A stretch of DNA of 64,000 bases, filler included, from Sphacelaria rigidula (Eukaryota), in NCBI GenBank assembly GCA_964200075.2. It is 8 parts of 8 records of this genome, joined end to end, with 100 filler letters (N's around TTAATTAATTAA, not from the genome) between each part and the next. Parts side by side here need not be neighbours in the genome. Positions count along the whole stretch, not along the records: positions 56,107 to 64,000 come from CAXNAA020013072.1; 7 more parts are not named here. The stretch is one strand, 5' to 3'. Position 1 is the stretch's first letter; the number at the start of each line of letters is the position of its first letter. Under the pieces are notes generated by a model that had not been told where the DNA came from, searched no databases, and was given only the letters and a program-made list of their open reading frames with translations. The translations under genes and the position numbers were made by a program. Shown one piece after another: positions 60,657 through 64,000 of the stretch.

Positions 60657-63034
60657 ACACGCGCGCAGTTGGCTACCTCCAAACTCACTCCAGGTGGGTA
60701 CACTTTTCGAATCTCCAGAAGAATGAAACGCCTCCGGAGGGGTGTGCGGCCCTCCAGAGGAAATGTTTTGGTTCCCTCCAGAGGGGTTGAACGCCTCCGG
60801 AGGCTTTTTTGCCTGCGGAGGGCCGCGCATACCCCCAACTTCCTCCGGAGGGGTGCGTGGCCCGGGCCTCCGGGGTCTTTGAAGTTTGGTCTCCTCTAGA
60901 GGGATGGAAGGCCTCCGGAGACTTATTTGCCCCCTGTAGAGCTGCGCATCCCTCTGAAGGCTCTTCGTGGTGTAGCCGAACGGCCACGCTTTATCTTTCA
61001 TATATGGTACAAAAGTACGACGTGTACGGTACGGCAGTAGCGAGGTCACCTATTTCTGTGTGACGCCGCACCGCGGTGGTTCAAAGATCCAACAGACACC
61101 ATGGGGGTGGAGAGAACGTGGGTTCGATTCCCGCCAAAACCGTAGTTTTCTTCGAGATTTCTGGTTTCCACCGTCGAAGAGGGTCAGGACTTGGATCGAG
61201 GAGTAGTCGGCTGATGGATGTCCCGGGGGAGGGGAAGTGTTTGAAGTGAAGAAATGTGCCTTGATCGGAATGACTCGGAGTGGTCCGAGGAATCAAAAGA
61301 GGCTGTTTTTTCGTGGGTGCGATGGTGCTTTGCTTGGAGTTATTATCCACGAGTCTTCTCCGCTCCCGAACTATCCGAACTTGTTATTGGTTCTACACGG
61401 GTTAGATGAGAGGAGCTTTCAATGAGGATGGTGAACAGGTTTCTAAAATTTTCTGGCATTGTGTATGTTTTATTTTTTGTTCTTGGAGAAGTCGGATGAC
61501 CGTCGAGTATTTGAATCTGAAGGAAAATACGAGACCGTCGCCTCGTTGACAGATAACAAGAATGCCGAAGATATTCAAACATAAAACGAAACCGGATCGA
61601 GTCCTTTGGCGCAGTCCAGCAGACTCGAGTCATTGTGCGCCCATAAACCGCTTGGCGCGGCAGGGACATCTGCTGCAGGAGCAACCGCTCCACATCAATA
61701 TTGAATCGTTGACGTCACACTGGCTGACTAGCTAACCGAACTCTAGATTGCCACGAGTCGCAGCAAAAGGGTCACGAAAAAAAAAGCGAGAAACCACACG
61801 CAGCACGTTGATTGGTCGACGAGCGTGTCTGTGGTTGAAGTGACCGATCGACAAGCTAATTTGGACGTTGTTTCTGTTCTGCGCTTGCTTTTCTCGTCTC
61901 GACAAGACACGGCCTTGGGGAAAGGGCCTTAATTTTGTCGATCACCATGATGAGCTCGTTTGCTGATGGGGAAAGGGCCTATAGCAGCGTTTTCGTAGGA
62001 TTGAGAGGAGAGTGCTGATCGAGACAGGCTTCGATCATTCGCTCTCACTCGGTCATCTTTTCATCCCGTGTGTGCTTTTCTTTGCCTCCATCCCTGGCTT
62101 GTGCTTACAGCTACATATCGATATCCTACTCGGGGATATCAAGGACCTCAGTGGCGAGGTACTACGGAAAGCCATATCGTGCCTCGTCGAGGGGCATCTC
62201 GAAACCGAAACGATTCATTCACTAATTGACCGCACTCTCAATTTTATCCTCTATTCTCAATATCGCGAAACCGAAACATTGCTTTTTGCTAGCGATCACT
62301 CTCGCCTTGTTTTGTGAGCTGGCCGAGTCTAATTTCCAAGGCTTTCCACGGGTTGGACAACTGATCATAAACATTGAGGATGAAACTTTTTCTTTTTTGA
62401 GGATTATCAAATATCATAATTATTATTATTATTATCATTATTATTATTATTTTCCGCACATTAGTCGATTATACCCCCGACAAATATACTACTCGTATCC
62501 ACACCAACTCTTGAAATATGGTTGCATTCCTTCACATACCGGTCGCTGTTAACAACTCATACACGCCATACAAGACTGAATTCCGACAACCAAAATTCAG
62601 GGGCCCTAGACGGGAAAACAACTGTGGAATTTAGTAGGGCTCTTTACGTTGCACGTTACACGTCACAAATGTACGTCACAAGGGTGTAACGTAACATAAC
62701 ATACACTCGCAGCCATTTGACTACACCCCAAAATGCCTCCAGAGGGATACGCGGCCCTCCAGGGGGAAAACAAGCCTCCGAAGGCCTTCCATCCCTCCAG
62801 AGGAGACCAAACTCTACCGACCCGGAGAGTCGCGCACCCCTCCGGAGGAATTTGGGGGTATGCGTGGCCCTCCGGAGGCAAGAATATGCCTCCGGAGGTG
62901 TTCAACCGCTCTGGAGGGAACTAAAACATTTTCTCTGGAGGGCCGCGCCCTCCGGAGGCGTTTCATTCCTCTGGAGGCTCGGAAAGTGTACCCACCTGGA
63001 GGAAGTTTAGAGGTAGCCAAATGGCCGCGTGTGT
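60657..63034. mobile_element. Pair of inverted ~330-bp repeats rich in the palindrome CCTCCGGAGG (60657-60990 and 62709-63034)
   Basis: The blocks are collinear reverse complements (e.g. TTGGCTACCTC.AAACT..CTCCAGGTGGGTACACTTT vs AAAGTGTACCCACCTGGAGGAAGTTTAGAGGTAGCCAA). Confidence 0.8.
61062..61190 (+). mobile_element. tRNA-derived SINE-like head
   Basis: A-box-like CGGTGGTTCAAAG and B-box GGGTTCGATTCCC at roughly tRNA spacing, with no complete cloverleaf. Confidence 0.45.
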
Positions 63035-64000
63035 ATGCTTTTCGAATACTTCACAAATGTGACGTAACGTAACGTACCGGTGAAAAAATGTGACGTAACG
63101 ATTTTTTTCATACGTCACAGTAACGTATTTTTGAAACGTTTCCCGTAACGTGTAAAGTATAAAATACGTTACACGTCACAAAGCGGTTGAATTGCAAGCC
63201 ATGGTGTACTTTGTATTTTGTGGTCGCGGATTACCGCTTGTTTGCTATTTTGATTCTAGATGTCGTGCTATGAAACGACAAACAACCTGGCATATATCCG
63301 CAATATCACTTCGAGTTGTAGTGACCACGAGACTCGAGTACTACTGTACTGTACTGTCTGTACCTGTACTGTTGTCAGGTGCAGACCCCAACCCTTCTGT
63401 CATTTTGTTCGTAATCATGTAAGGGTCGTTGTTATAAGCTCACCATACTAAAAATGGTATAAACATAGCCGGTAACGGCAAACTTCAAATAAATTGGATA
63501 AACTGGAATCCTCATCACCAGTCCCAGCTAAACTCTAGCTCCAGTTTAACTGCCAGTACAAACCGGTCAAGTTCACAGTCCTACTTATTGGTGTCACTAG
63601 TATCAAAATTATATGGAGTACGAAGCAATCAGATACCATGTGCCCTTTGATGAGGTGCGAAGGGTTACACGAGCTTGTGACCTCGTGGACAAATTCGGTG
63701 GCTCCACCGCTCGCTGTTCTGTAGTCTTGTTCTTTATTCCGTTGATTTGCTTTGAGTAAGTTTTTGCCTCTGTTCTTGGCACAATGAATCATGATGTGTT
63801 GCTACCTTCTTCATGATGTCCGCTCTGCGAACGCGGCTGTATTCGTACCGGATTATGAATTCATGTGTATTATATGTACATGTATCATTTCACTTTTTTC
63901 ACCACTTTTGCCGAGTTTCCTCAGGCGGCAAGGCATCTTATCACGCGCTTTGTTTTGTAGTGCACGAAAAAAGTGCAGCGGTACATTACCTTTCAGGTTT

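Noticed and set aside
60657-63034. CRISPR-like repeat-spacer array
   Set aside because: The repeats are only ~10 bp and irregularly spaced, the 'spacers' are conserved between the two blocks, there are no cas genes, and the context is eukaryotic.

Overview
Repeat-rich, intron-containing eukaryotic DNA. It is most likely from a brown alga (Phaeophyceae); this is inferred from the LINE 3' motifs, the NB-ARC gene architecture and the intron style. The window is not one locus. It consists of eight ~7.9-kb contigs of decreasing length (7917, 7916, 7915, 7915, 7915, 7914, 7914 and a truncated last one), joined by an artificial 100-bp spacer (N44-TTAATTAATTAA-N44), so nothing should be linked across the gaps. 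Supported genes: (1) the first four exons of an NLR-like NB-ARC (STAND) gene with a predicted MLKL/RPW8-like helical N-terminal domain (17325-23462, +); (2) the last four exons of an FTR1/EfeU-family iron permease (56436-59562, +); (3) a probably spliced gene whose 3.4-kb terminal exon carries seven frame-preserving ~105-aa Pro/Gln/Gly-rich tandem repeats (48913-52612, +); (4) two terminal exons of a small Cys-rich gene (40633-41845, -). Mobile DNA includes a deleted Ty3/Gypsy element with its 3' LTR, LINE remnants, a tRNA-like SINE head, several foldback/inverted-repeat elements and 42-43-bp minisatellite arrays. Most short ORFs in the supplied track are noise. All family assignments come from motif recognition by eye, not from database searches.
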